A stretch of 64,000 nucleotides of DNA from Massalongia carnosa (lineage: Eukaryota), in NCBI GenBank assembly GCA_965645245.1, contig OZ287083.1:310001-374000 (forward strand), read 5' to 3'. Below the pieces are notes generated by a model, which had not been told where the DNA came from, did not search any database, and saw only the letters and a program-made list of their open reading frames with translations. Positions 47,301 to 58,700 of this stretch are shown here, piece by piece. Made by a program: the position numbers and the translations under genes. Every line of letters starts with the position of its first letter. The stretch's first letter is position 1.

Positions 47301-47454
47301 CACGGATAAGAATGTTATTCTTGAGAGAGTCGGATATCTTAATGAACGACGGCGGATTCTCATCTAAAGGATCTAATGACTGAAAAAGTACTAGCATTTC
47401 GAGGGGCGTATGAGGCTGTGGTGCTGCCATGATCTTTAACACGCCAGCTCGCAT
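44305..47454 (-). CDS. Bromodomain-containing protein (BRD8/Bdc1-like chromatin factor), 1049 aa
   Basis: Intronless. N-terminal HTPLEMLVLFQSL and coiled coil IQEINRGEWD; split C-terminal bromodomain ISAHKLASMFAKPL...APGYKDLIYRPQDLKSI...LEKELMRMFANAVMFN. Start may be at 47430. Confidence 0.8.
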   Translation of the reverse strand: MRAGVLKIMAAPQPHTPLEMLVLFQSLDPLDENPPSFIKISDSLKNNILIRESESYDPARLDPNSLTQLYLKLMKDEAKAEVLESGNFKEGENAQSNQPQKSPSSPLLDTVNEASRRIHLLPSLLNRLYFRYRNHAIKAIEADEHKYRLLQKDIQEINRGEWDARLQQHQEIASKRDTKGGVTSIQTLLHHELDVTKPRTKDSQHPAKSPQKQDNTITLSPGPPTERSSIEDVQPKSPQRQHNSIALQSSQPVGIFANPSLGSSGVLAESKNGALEEAKPAASEPISQQIQAHSPPGDHWTAELLTHPRISPPIESQQLPGVQDSKARPQPLLSDKSKPFLPPPHAPNSGHPLASPDIARRIPPYPPTQPQTSGAHSQSPRLQHTPLATQERSSQPPIILPPPAGMIRSSGSSLGSLDTLADMAGQQQFRSNSALPSPRPVQLPGAQTHPIQLPQPRNYPLPVYPYYDSQQPYGVPYPYPQGHVTQYHHSNQATMPIYPGPATSPGRVPIYGNVPLYQSPSPSYSQYPGYSQGPSYYQTPVQTQHSRTQAPRFSEQRTPVSGISDRNRPPRPSPINTTVSSTKWKNVDAPGSVRSPRSPIRPRPEEISPLSDKALSPFPESLQDRSKELNNHRGRRKRGGSARGGNLRGRGARAASAASSTAAGSAQARTRSQSLISHADELSMDKNVSQTHAIKPEPSATPAGDEDTSITETTADEGSRKSTRRRRGTLRGLELTEVSRTGMKRKHTLLETPIRSASPTSFALPNPRPNHVLGSRNFPRTSATIMNDISAHKLASMFAKPLTDREAPGYKDLIYRPQDLKSIRSAILAGSKALVSAADNHAPSSFGDAGSPAGSGTPTAKSASVWIPASADVVPPKGIVNSAQLEKELMRMFANAVMFNPDPNRGVGPSFRDRSGRCGGIASGGDGEHDGDGAGDKEEAEMEEEEDEEEEGGVVKDTREMYEAVERSVSHWRAAERAVEDFAMVIGGPVGGVSGGGTGGFQKGSVARLRGGDKDEDGEDELAVEEGGAGGVTVVRDDEDGGGGKRRRR

Positions 47455-48598
47455 AGGTCTGTCGCATGAAATGATAGTCAGCTCTTAAGAGTTTGGTAGA
47501 AGCCACATGTCAACCTCTCCACATGTCTACAAGCTGTATTGGTTTATTGCAACGAGCCTGGTGAGAGAGGCGCTCCGACCCGAAAGATAGCGTGTGTTGT
47601 GTAGATGTTTGTAGGTCCAAGTCATGATTAGTTAAAAGGTATTACTCTACATAGTATATATACTTCATTCTATTTTAGCTTAGAGTGATCAAAGCTAATG
47701 TTATCAAATCTTATCAGATCTTAGATTAGAGCCGCATCACGAGAGAGTCAAGTGATCTTTAAAAGTATTTGTCGATCACTACTAATGTTGCTAGTATACC
47801 GAATGTCGTTCTCTTTGACTTGGACAGTGTGCGATCACGCGTCATATCATTTTATACTTGTACCGTGTTCTTGTGCTTTTATGCTTAATGAGTTAAATAA
47901 GTTTCCTTGTGTCTTTGCCATACTCAAAACACGGGGCTTATAGAGATATCACTTTGGATTGAACTTCAAATACCTAGGAACTGGCAACCTCAGGAGTTGA
48001 ACAAAAGACATTCAGCCTCTTCGCGGTCAAAGTTTCATTCTTTCACTTTGCGAGAGAATATTTAGGTGCCCAAAGCTGAAAAACATCACCTGACCAAAAT
48101 AGCTTAGCAAAGTCAAAAGACGGACTCACTACTTGCGAAGAAGCCCTCAGGAACTAATCTGCACATATACAGCTCTTGAATGACTGAATGATGAATCATG
48201 ATCAAGCGCTATGAAGCAAATATCAAGACTAATATTGTGTTCTTACTTATTGAAAGAGACACAAGCCTCAAAGAATATCACGAGATATTATCTCCCTGTC
48301 TTTACTTATCCAGGATTCATCCCACCGATAAATTGCCTATACAGACTTTGTTGTCATCTTTTGTTTTGTATAGGCCGTTGTCAATTAGTGTCCTATACCG
48401 ACACACCCATACTATGCCTTATATTCCATGCTCCTCTCTATCTCCTTCGCTATTCTATCCCTCCTTCTACTAATTTCCTCATACTATCTTTCTCTCCTAC
48501 ACCAGTCGTGTCTCGGGATTACTAGAGGAATATCGGAGTTTCCGGCTTCGTCGGTCCGAATATGGTTTCCAGAACGTGACCCGACCCCCTCCTAATCC

Positions 48599-48605
48599 TA
48601 TATAA
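48599..48605 (+). promoter_or_regulatory. TATA box upstream of the CaaX orphan gene
   Basis: TATATAA followed by a CT-rich tract, ~380 bp upstream of ATG 48982. Confidence 0.45.
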
Positions 48606-48981
48606 CCCCCCTTCACCTCACCTTTCCTCACTCTCACTTCCTTCCCTTAACCACATCCGTATTTGCATTTAATTTACATGGTTTTTGCCGTCTTTCATTT
48701 GTTGCATCCATCCTTCTACTAGCTATTCTATCCTATCTTCGGCCGGTTCGAAGTTGCTTTTACATTGAGCATTTCATTTTTCCAACTTCGTATTCGTTGG
48801 GCGATTTTTACTGAGCTTGGATTCTTGAAGTGATCCAGTATCACTGTCGATCCGATCGGTATGGCTGCCCCACACTTGAGATCCAGGATGAAACCCCATT
48901 CTGCTATCGCTGTTTATCATGGCAAGCCTAATGCTATACCTTTACAACATAGTACTCAAGCCCCCCATAATAACATCAAAC

Positions 48982-49404
48982 ATGTCTACGCATACAAAAT
49001 CGTCTCGGCCGGCATCGAGCTCCAATTCTTCATTTCTAGCCAAACCCGTTCGTTGTCTATTCATGGAACCCGATCCTTGCAACGTCAGTTCTCAGCATAG
49101 AATCACCACAGTTGCGACCGAAGCCTCCACGAACCAGTACGACGCCAAGGAATCCGACGTATCTACCAGTACAGCTTCTACTGGCTCTTTCTCCAGCACC
49201 CTCCAGCTCGAAAAGGCACCTGCCAGCAACTCCGTAGAGCCTCCTACAAAGAGCAAAGTCGAGAAGAAGCCCTCGAAGCTCCGCATCGAGATCCCGAAGC
49301 TGGATCTAAGCTGCCGCAATGTCTACAGCACAACCGCTCGCAATGGCGGCAAAGCCGCCGTGGGAACTCCGATCGGGGCCCCAAATGGGTGCTCGCTGAT
49401 GTGA
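48982..49404 (+). CDS. Small Ser/Thr-rich protein ending in a CaaX prenylation motif (CSLM); candidate lipopeptide pheromone precursor
   Basis: caaacATG start context and C/G-ending codon bias in this frame. Possible in-frame 48-nt intron 49048-49095 (GTTCGT..CAG). C-terminus RNGGKAAVGTPIGAPNGCSLM-stop. Confidence 0.6.
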   Translation: MSTHTKSSRPASSSNSSFLAKPVRCLFMEPDPCNVSSQHRITTVATEASTNQYDAKESDVSTSTASTGSFSSTLQLEKAPASNSVEPPTKSKVEKKPSKLRIEIPKLDLSCRNVYSTTARNGGKAAVGTPIGAPNGCSLM

Positions 49405-50431
49405 TTTGGTGAATAGTTTTAGTGTGGTTCAGATTGAAGAGCTCGAATGGCGCTGGTCGTTATTGCGAATTCCTTTGGTCTACCCGTGTGTCAAATGGAG
49501 GGAGGTGCAGATTTGTGGTTTTTCAGGAGGCAGTTTTGCGAAACCAGACGCTACGTGAATTGACTTATTCACATTCACATTCATTTTTTCTTTTTTTTGA
49601 TTTTGGCGAATGGCGGATCAATAGCATACGCTCCTTACGGCTCTAACCCATTTCTACAACGAATTTCTCCCCCTCATCTGCCATAACTATAGTTCTGGAT
49701 TTTGCTCGCCCTTACAATCCTTCGAAATTATTTCATTCGTTGCTAGTTTCCAATGGTCGGTACCCGTTATCCAAGCTATGAAGGGTAACCTATCGATCAT
49801 CAAGTCCGCAGTCCCCAGAGCAAGCATCCCTAGCTACACTAGACAACTTTCCCCTATATAGACTTTTGGGCTTTTGTTCGCACAGTCATCTAATCTAGGT
49901 CTCATATTGCTACGATATCTGGCTGGTGAACTACCGTATTTTGTGAATTCTCAGGCATGCATGCTAGGCTACAAGTATTGCTACCTAGGAAGGCGATATT
50001 TTATACCTAGCTACAGGCCTTAAACACTGGGTTTAGGCGCTGTGGCTTTAGTTGGTTAGCTAGTACTTTAAGTTCCTTTCGTGCGTGAATTCAGACCTTT
50101 GCAAAATCATGATATTGGAGTCTTGGCTTACATGTAGTTCTGATTATTTGAAGATCCAAGCCAGTGCAGAAAGAATTCTTGCGATCAAACCACACTTTCC
50201 TTCTTTTCTAGTTTTTGTTTCTGGTTCATCCGTTCAACGCTTCCTTTCCTATCCCTCATAGCCAAACTCTCAGACCTGATGGACAGTTGAGTCCTCCATT
50301 TATGAAATCTTTGTCAAAGCAACGATTCGGATGCTAACATGCTTGTGCCCAAACGATGCAGTTCAATAAAGCTTCAAGCACATTAGCGTCAACCAAGGGA
50401 CTTCGGAGTTCGTTTAGCGTCCACGCAAGTC

Positions 50432-51833
50432 TTAGCCCTTGGATTCCATCAGAGCCGGAATAGAGCCCTCCTTAGTCCTACCAAGTCCATCTTTCGCGTA
50501 AAAGTCCATCGGATAAATGCCGCCATTCGCGGAATCCCATCCTTCTCGAACGTTCAATGCCACTAGCGCTTCATAAGGGGTTAAGAGAGGCTTTGGAAAT
50601 GCATAACCCCAATCAATGCTTAACCTGGGGCAAGCTATTTGCACCCAGCAATCGATATCACTCATCAGAGCCAGTTTCCCGGGAAAGATCTCACTTAAGA
50701 GTAGGTTGATAAAAGGTGTTCCTTGCTGATTGAGTATTTTCTCAATCATGGTCATGGTATGAGGGTTCCCTTGCCGACCCAACGAGCCAAGTATTAGGCC
50801 CCATTTTTTGGCTTTACGTGCAGAATTTATCGCCTTTCGACGCAGGTCATGCATTTCCTCATGTTCATATTTCTCCCGGGTAAGTTTTCGGGAATATGGA
50901 TCATAGCGATAAGCTGGCAGCGTTGGGTTATGTATCATTGCTGACTCGAGATGAAAGCGTCCATCACCGAGATATAGAAGTAGGTCTATCGATTCAGATG
51001 AAACCTTCGGCGATGTGCAGCCCAATATCTCCCCTTTGCTTAGGGGTGTAATTTGAGGTATGAGAACTTTGAATCCGGAGCGCTCAAGTATAGGCTTCAC
51101 GTGATGAATTGTTGAATTGAATTGGATAGTTCCAACCATGGCAATAGTCTTACCGGCAGGGAAGTTTCGCTCAAGCGTAGCAAGAAGATGGCTTGTATCA
51201 ATGCTAATGTCGACGAAGACATAAAGGGTCTTGATCTTCGTTACATCTACTGGTATTAGGCAACTATGTGCATAATGTACAAGTAGATCACAACCGAGAG
51301 CGCGGGCTGTATAGTCATCGATGCAGCATGCTCCGTAAGTCACATCGCCCATTATCAAAGTCTCGGTCCCTGGACAGAATCGAGTAAGAATATCAGAGAT
51401 GGTGGTGGCGAAGAGTAGTAGACCCTCCGGAAATTGGAGTGCTATCTTCTTAGATCGCGAACTCCGTACCCGGTGAACAGTTTTATGTATTTCGAATGAG
51501 TAGTTTGAGGGAAGTAGCGCGATGGCTTCGTTAATTTCGGTATCATTGAGGATTTCGGGGGGAACTTGATTCATCGCCCGTGCTGATTTTCTAGGCTGAG
51601 CAACTGACGAAGAATTAGCAAATGCTCCATAGGGATGAGAATTCTCTAACAAAACCTTGAACTGATCCATCTTCAATCGCGCCACTTGATTCGCCCTGCT
51701 TGCCATCTCTTTGTGCAGCCGCTTTACGCCCAACAAACCTCTTACGTGGTTGTCGTGGTTTCTGTTCTTGCTCGGCCTCAAGCCCAGCATCCACTGCAGC
51801 GCCAATGTCGACCTCAGCTTTGTTAGCCTCCAT
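50432..51833 (-). CDS. DPH1: Diphthamide biosynthesis protein 1, 449 aa
   Basis: Exons 51833-51656 and 51603-50432. [77 protein letters not shown]. Confidence 0.95.
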
Positions 51834-51994
51834 CTTAAAGGTTTTGAGCGCGTTGTACACTAGTGGACTTTTCTAACCTGAGTGCCGGGTAGCGAAAGTG
51901 GGATTTTGCCTTCCCCGCAGCACCGAACTTCGCCGCCACCTTTAAGTGAACCATTCACATAGTACACCTTGCACATAAGGAATGCTGGTACAGT

Positions 51995-53260
51995 ATGGCT
52001 CTTTTCAAGCCATACTGTAGAACCCTGAGGAGTCTCAAACCTCAAACGCTATGGAGAGGTTTCTCCTGTTCTACAACTCGTCTGGCAGAGGAGGTGCGAA
52101 TCGTGGAAGTAGGACCAAGGGATGGTTTACAAAATGAGAAGAACTCGATTTCTCTTAGCACGAAGCTCGAGCTCATTCGGCGATTAGCAAGGACAGGTGT
52201 CCATAACATGGAGGCTGGTTCATTCGTCGCGCCTAAATGGGTGCCCCAGGTATAAATGATACACTGCAGAACCATTCATTTATTGATCTCACTTGGCTAA
52301 AGATTCCTACATACATAGATGGCAAATTCAGCCGACGTCTTAAATCACATTCTTGAGCAACCTCCTCCAGCGCCGTCACAAGTCGCATACAATTTTCTAG
52401 TTCCCAACCTCAAAGGACTAGAGAACTTTCTAAAAGCTAGGAACGAATCGTTGCCGTCAAGAGCCGGTACAGGTTCTAATGCTTATCCTAAACATACTCC
52501 ATTGCCGCACTTTCACGCCGCAGAAGATCCTAGTCCGAGTTCCACCCATGGCTGGCACCAAATATCTTTGCAGTCATCAGACGTAAATGAAGAACGAAGT
52601 CCCGTAGCATCCTCTCTACCTACCAATTCAACGGAGATTTCTGTCTTCACAGCTGCTACAGAAGCATTTTCGAAGGCAAACACAAACTGCTCCATTTCGC
52701 AGTCTCTAGAGCGCTGTAAGCCTATTATATCTCTAGCTAAATCCCAAAATATACGCGTGCGAGGATACGTGTCAGTTGCTCTTGGCTGTCCTTATGAGGG
52801 CCATAACGTGTCTCCTTCCAAAGTCGCGGAGATAACGGCTACCCTACTTGAGGCGGGCGTTGACGAGGTATCTCTGGCTGATACTACTGGTATGGGGACA
52901 GCAAGTCGAACCCACGAACTTCTGAAGGAGTTGGCCTCATGGGGTATCGCCTTTAAAGATCTTGCTTTACACTTTCACGATACCTATGGACAGGCTCTTG
53001 TAAATGCGACTGTAGGTTTAGAGCGTGGGATTAGGACATTTGACAGTAGCGTTGGCGGCCTTGGTGGATGTCCTTACTCTAAAGGAGCAACAGGAAATCT
53101 GGCCACGGAAGACCTCGTGTACTGGCTACACAGTCTTGGGGCAAGCACTAGCATTGACCTTGAGGAAACGGCAAAAATCGGTGCATGGATCTCTGCTGAA
53201 TTAGGTAGGACGTACGATAGCCGAGCAGGGAAAGCGATAGTAGCAAGACTCTCGTCATAG
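51995..53260 (+). CDS. HMGCL: Hydroxymethylglutaryl-CoA lyase, mitochondrial, 398 aa
   Basis: Exons 51995-52249 and 52319-53260. Presequence-like N-terminus; VRIVEVGPRDGLQNE, GSFVAPKWVPQMA, LADTTGMGT, HFHDTYGQA, GLGGCPYSKGATGNLATEDL. Confidence 0.93.
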
Positions 53261-53725
53261 TTCCCAACCATAGCTTTCTATTAAGGAGCGACTACCAGCT
53301 TCGAAGGACATACCCAGTTATTTGAGACGATTGTGGCTTAATGATGCGCAGGCAGTGGGCTCGTGGCCTTTTGACAGCTCAAGAAAGCTTCAACGCAGCC
53401 TTCTAGGTCGGACTCGGTCATTACCAGCGAAAGGTGAGAGCCTCGCTAGATATAGGGTTCTCAACATGTTAAAGTGGTAGTGGGGATGCCAAGCTAAACG
53501 AGAAGCAGCCGAAACGCAAAGTGGGTGTCGCCACAGATCTAGCTGAAGGAATAATAGGGGCGCATGCAGCGTCTTCGTGGCGGTATGCTTATTGGGACGG
53601 TACCTTCATCGCGTGGCCGAAATAGAATGGTGGTTAGATCTAGGGTAACTGAACAAGTCGAAGAATGGTGCAATAGTATAACAAGAAGGTTCTCCATCTT
53701 CGACCCAGATCAACCTGAATGTTCC

Positions 53726-54343
53726 TCAGTCCTTGTTAGTCTCCACCACAAAGAACCTGCCGAGTTTCTTGGGCGCTTGAGCAAGCGGGTCCCAACCCTC
53801 GATGTGATCCTCATCCACGTCCGGCAGATTCTTCTTTTTCACAATCCGTCCTCTTTTCCCCACTACCTCCTCCTTCTCAAACTCTTCCCGAAGGGACTCT
53901 ATTGTAAATATGCCCTCCCTCTCAGCCTGCTTTGTCTCATCTCGTATACTCTGCAGGGGCTCCACACCCTCCGTATCAATGTTTTGCACAGCTTGCACAA
54001 ACCGTAATTGCGACTCCAATCCTTGAGTCATTTTTAATTCCTTAGCTACAGAGTCTGGAACCGGAAGGGCCGAGAGGCGGAGCAGGTGGTGCAGTGTTTC
54101 CTTGGTTACAAGGGGTTCTTGCAGCGAGTCTTTGGGAGGTGTTAAAAGTGCCTTGACAGACCACGAGGGCTCAGCAAACATTTCTTGGACATCATCCTGG
54201 ATTTTGCCTTGGTTGGAGTATGGTCGGGCAGAAGTTGAGACTATGTGAATCGCCGTGGATTTTACTCTATATCTTTGTGGCAAACACAAAGCAAGTTCTC
54301 TACCACAACACCAAGCTGTTCTCACGTAGCGCTGAGAGGCCAT
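53726..54343 (-). CDS. Mitochondrial glutamyl-tRNA amidotransferase subunit F (GatF/Gta3), 205 aa
   Basis: PSWSVKALL, LHHLLRLSALP, LESQLRFVQAVQNIDTEGVEPLQSIRDET, WDPLAQAPKKLGRFFVV; presequence-like N-terminus. Confidence 0.78.
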   Translation of the reverse strand: MASQRYVRTAWCCGRELALCLPQRYRVKSTAIHIVSTSARPYSNQGKIQDDVQEMFAEPSWSVKALLTPPKDSLQEPLVTKETLHHLLRLSALPVPDSVAKELKMTQGLESQLRFVQAVQNIDTEGVEPLQSIRDETKQAEREGIFTIESLREEFEKEEVVGKRGRIVKKKNLPDVDEDHIEGWDPLAQAPKKLGRFFVVETNKD

Positions 54344-54543
54344 TTGATGTCTGTTGTACTGCTCCGTTTGAAAAGACGAAAGTTCTTGAGCGGCGCCTAA
54401 TATTCAAATGGCGCTACCATTGGACTTAACAATACGCAGTGCGCTTAAGCGCCGGTGACGTTCGTGAGACGTCATCCCACCTGCTGGAATCTACAAGGCA
54501 ACTGTCTTTTCATTCCAAAGGACTTCACAAGGAACCTTTCAGA

Positions 54544-55797
54544 ATGGCTCAAGATCCGCGAGCTCTGTTGCAAAAGGTACCCTATTCTCTTTCCCAATCT
54601 GCTCCTCATAAATCGCCTAATTCCTTTTGCAGGCAGACAAAGCAGCGCAAAGCGCTGGCGGAGGCTTCAGTTTATTCGGCGGTAAAACGGAAAAATATGA
54701 AAACGCAGCAGACTTATACACTCAAGCTGCGAATGCTTTTCGAGTACAGAAGCAAGGTGCACTTTCCCTCTAATCTTAAAGGCTTACTGCCTGCTCTATC
54801 GCATTTCATCCCGCACCAACCACGGTCAAACCACCGCTGCCGGCTGCTAAACCTTGGTATTAGGCAAAGAAGCTGGCTTAGCCTTTGAGCGCGCCGCCAC
54901 CATTCAAACTAAGAATCTCAACGAGCCTGACGACGCCGCAAACACCCTCACCGAAGCCTACAAATCCTACCGCAAAACCGACCCCGAGGACGCCGCGCGT
55001 GTGCTACAGCAGGCTATAAATCACTACACAAGCAAAGGCAACTTCCGACGGGCCGCGACGCAGCAGCAAAACTTGGCGGAAATCTACGAAATCGAGATCG
55101 GAGACGAGAAGAGGGCGGTTGAAGCTTATGAGACGGCCGCGGGCTGGTTTGAGAGCGATCATGCCGAAGCGTATGTTTTGAATTCTCGACTGCTGCAAGA
55201 AAATGGGCTGTTGCAGGGCGCTATCAGGATGGCTAATGCAGAATGCAATGCGGTAGACTTGCGAATAAACTATTCCTCAAGGTCGCTGATCTAGCGGCTA
55301 TCAGTGGCGACTACTACAAGTCGATCGAGCATTACGAGAAAGTCGCAAAGTCGTCCGTTAGCAACAACTTGATGAAATGGTCGGTCAAGGATTATTTCCT
55401 AAAAGCGGGAATTTGCCATCTAGCCGCCAATGTACGTTGCTCCATATCTTCCAATCTGCTCTTGTAAAGCTTCCATATTCTCCTTCCGTCTCCTTTTCTT
55501 TCTCTCGCCTAGTAGTCCCACCTCTCAAAAAACCCCCCCATCTCATAAACCACGCAGGATACCGTCGCTACCGCCCGCGCCCTGGAATCCTACCGCGACC
55601 TCGACCCTACCTTTGCCTCCACGCGCGAGCATCAGCTCCTCGTTGACCTAGCCGAGGCCGTGGAGCAGGGGGATCAGGAAGTTTTCGCCGACAAGCTGTT
55701 TCAGTACGATTCGCTGAGCAAACTAGACAAGTGGAAGACGACGCTATTGCTACGGGTCAAGAACTCGATCGAGGAGAAGGGCGAGGATTTTTCGTAA
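54544..55797 (+). CDS. SEC17: Alpha-SNAP vesicle fusion protein, 292 aa
   Basis: Exons 54544-54576, 54633-54756, 54864-55170, 55257-55431, 55558-55797. MAQDPRALLQKADKAAQSAGGGFSLFGG, GNFRRAA, NNLMKWSVKDYFLKAGICHL, KLDKWKTTLLLRVK...EDFS. Confidence 0.95.
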
Positions 55798-58700
55798 ATA
55801 ATATTAAGGGAAAGGGGGAAAGTGGAGTCGTTGATGGAGATTAGGGTGTCTAGGGGTGAGAGCACAAGCTTTCGGATATCATGTGTGGGCAATTGGGATC
55901 GGGGTGCAAAGCGCTGGAGTTTCTGGCATTTTTGAATTGCCCGGGGGGGGGTTCAGGAAGGAAGGACAAATAAACAAATAGCAAATTACAGTCACATTTC
56001 ACACCGTCTCCCTCACTCAAAACCCCCCCAACCGAAAACCAGGAGAGAAAGGGAGACTAAACTCATCTGCATCACTGCATCGATGAGAATGTGCATGGGG
56101 GAGAGATCTATAATAAGACGGAACCATACACAAGACTCGCAGGTGCACTCAACAATAGAAGAATACGGCAAAGCGCAGGCACGTCTCTCTTTCCTTTTTC
56201 CCACTGGTCTATCATCATTGCCCACTATTCTTTCCCTCTGAATGCTACTCAGCATAATTTTCTCAAGACAAAGCCCAACCGACTCCTGTCATCATCCCCA
56301 TAAATGGGCATGGTTTCAAGTATGGCTTCTTCCGGCAACGCTCATATCCCACTGGGCATCGGTCTGCAGCTTCCTAATCAATCGGAGTTTCTGCTCTTCT
56401 GGAGAATGCCCTAGATTTTAAAGAGTCTGCTGTGTATGATACTAGAGGGTAGCAGCTTCTTCAGAAGCAAGCGCCCAAGTCATGCTATCATCACGGGCCC
56501 TTCATCAGAGGGTTTTCAGGCTGATATTTTCATTGCTTCCCTCTTTATCTGCTGTTGACTTATCAGTTTCATCTATATTGCACTTACTGAGAAGTCTTTG
56601 CAGACCTGTTCGGATTCCATAAAGTCGAGCTAACTATACCTAACTTACGACTGCTGGCATCGTTGACTGCTGTTGGATCTGCTTGCTTGTTGAACACTTG
56701 GTGCCTGGTCGTGAGCAACGACACGAGCGAGCTCGGTCTCCAAAGCTGTTCAAAGATCCTATAAATATCTGTACCTACCCCCATAAGCGCCAGCACAGAT
56801 ATCTCACTAAGCAGCCGGCCGCAGTGCTAAGATCGATACCGCTTCCACAAGAATTAGTCCGTGTATTATGAGAAGTAAACGGTTACTTACTAGCAAGCTC
56901 CATCCTCAATATTAGAAGCCGCGGTCTTGGCCGCATTTTACCAAAGTAGGAACACTGGTACTTGCTTCTCAGTAAGGAAATTCTCCTCGCTCATACCCAT
57001 GAGTCCCCGGAACCCGAGAGTCTTGGAGCTATCGTCTTTTCCAAGATGAACGTCTAATCTCTACAAGCGCCGTACGTCATCAAAGCAAGGATCGCAGTTC
57101 CTTGGAGCTAAGGTCGGTCATTTTGATACACTCGAGGTGCCTATCACCATTATTTCAGCAGCTCAGAAGACTTTTGTGGAGGAATAAAAGATTGAAGGAA
57201 GTGATGGACATAGGAATTCTTATGGCTGCAGGATGATGCAAACGAGGATGCAGCGCGGATTGAACAAAAGACTCTGCGCGCGTCCAGCCTATGTGGACGA
57301 TTCTTAACGGCCCTGGATTACAAATGCAAAACCATGTCCGTGCCGTCCAAAGAGAAGTCAGCGGTGATTCCTTATAGACGGGTTATTGTATTCTTCATCT
57401 CCTCGTCAACAGACTCCATGAATACATTAATCATGGCCTCCATGTTATGCTTTCAAATCAGTATTGTTTCTACAACAAGTTCTGAGGCCGGTGGCACGTT
57501 CCCTGTTTTAATTTAATCAAGTCGTAAAGCCATCTTCTGTGCAGACTGATTGATCTCCAGATCTACGGCGGTGCATGACAGATCGTCATAGCTGTTCGCT
57601 AGATGCAGTACGCCTTCAAGCTCAAATTTGTAGTTATTGTCAATCTAAAATGTTGATATTTTTGAAAACCGATGCAACTCAGGAAGCATTGGAGGGCGGC
57701 TATGTTGGCGATGGTGAATTCTATAATTCAGAACGATTCGAGAGAGAGAGAAGGAAAGAGACATGCAAAGAGGCGGGTGGTGACAAGTAGTCGAGAAACA
57801 TGATGTTCAAGAGGCTGACTATTTTGAGAGAGGTCATGTTAGTGAAAAAAGCCGAGGACCAGAGAGAATTCCAAGTTAGTTATTGAAATTAGTACGTGTT
57901 GAGAAGGATTAATGGGTAATGGGATGTTTGACCAGCCTGGTAGATGGGCTACTGATTTGTGCGCAAATAAGAGACCTGCTATTGAAAAGGTAACTAGAAG
58001 CTGCAATGTAGAGATTAGCAATAAAACACCGACAAAAATCGCTTTTATCCAGCTCGCTTAATCAGTCAGCTAATCCAAGAAGCAGTCACACACACTCCAC
58101 CACAGCCGCGCAATAGGTAGTATTTCCACTTGTTAGTGGTCTACATTTGGCATTTCTTGATGAGTATCGACTGTTAGCTGCCCGTAGTACCTAAATATGC
58201 GGAGAGTAGCGCTTGAAATAGCTGCAAGCTAATGTAAGAGTGATAGTTGTGGGAAGATAGATAGAGAACGCCTCATGCATGGCATAGTTGGTTCTCGCAG
58301 TTATCATCAGGCAATTCGTCATTTACAACGCAGAGAAGCTGATGCTGTTATCAGCCTCCCTCCAGTGCCTTCCTCAACATTCGTCCATACCCCTTGACCC
58401 GTGCATATATACCTTTTTCTGTCTGGCCTTCATAGATTCCGCCGAAAAATACTCTCAATACCAGTTTCGGCGCCCCACCTACGGGGTGTCACGTACACAA
58501 CTAACTACCTATCTATTTGCCCGACCTCCACAAGCGACTTCATGTTGGCCTTTCATACACCCGTTTTCGTGATGGTGATAAACCATTGGTTCGAACAAGG
58601 CCCTGGCTATCAATACCTAGACTCCTTCTTGGCCGCAAACTTTCAAATTGCGAAGGAACTTGAAAGCTAATAGCGCGATTTAGACAAAATGGAAACTGGC

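Noticed and set aside
52430..52630. ~60-aa low-complexity insertion in HMG-CoA lyase as an unspliced intron or intein
   Set aside because: In frame, with no convincing splice or intein termini; most simply a variable loop.
53258..53284. Stop-codon readthrough to a peroxisomal PTS1 in HMG-CoA lyase or other genes
   Set aside because: No TGA-CTA readthrough context and no SKL-like tripeptide after the stops checked.
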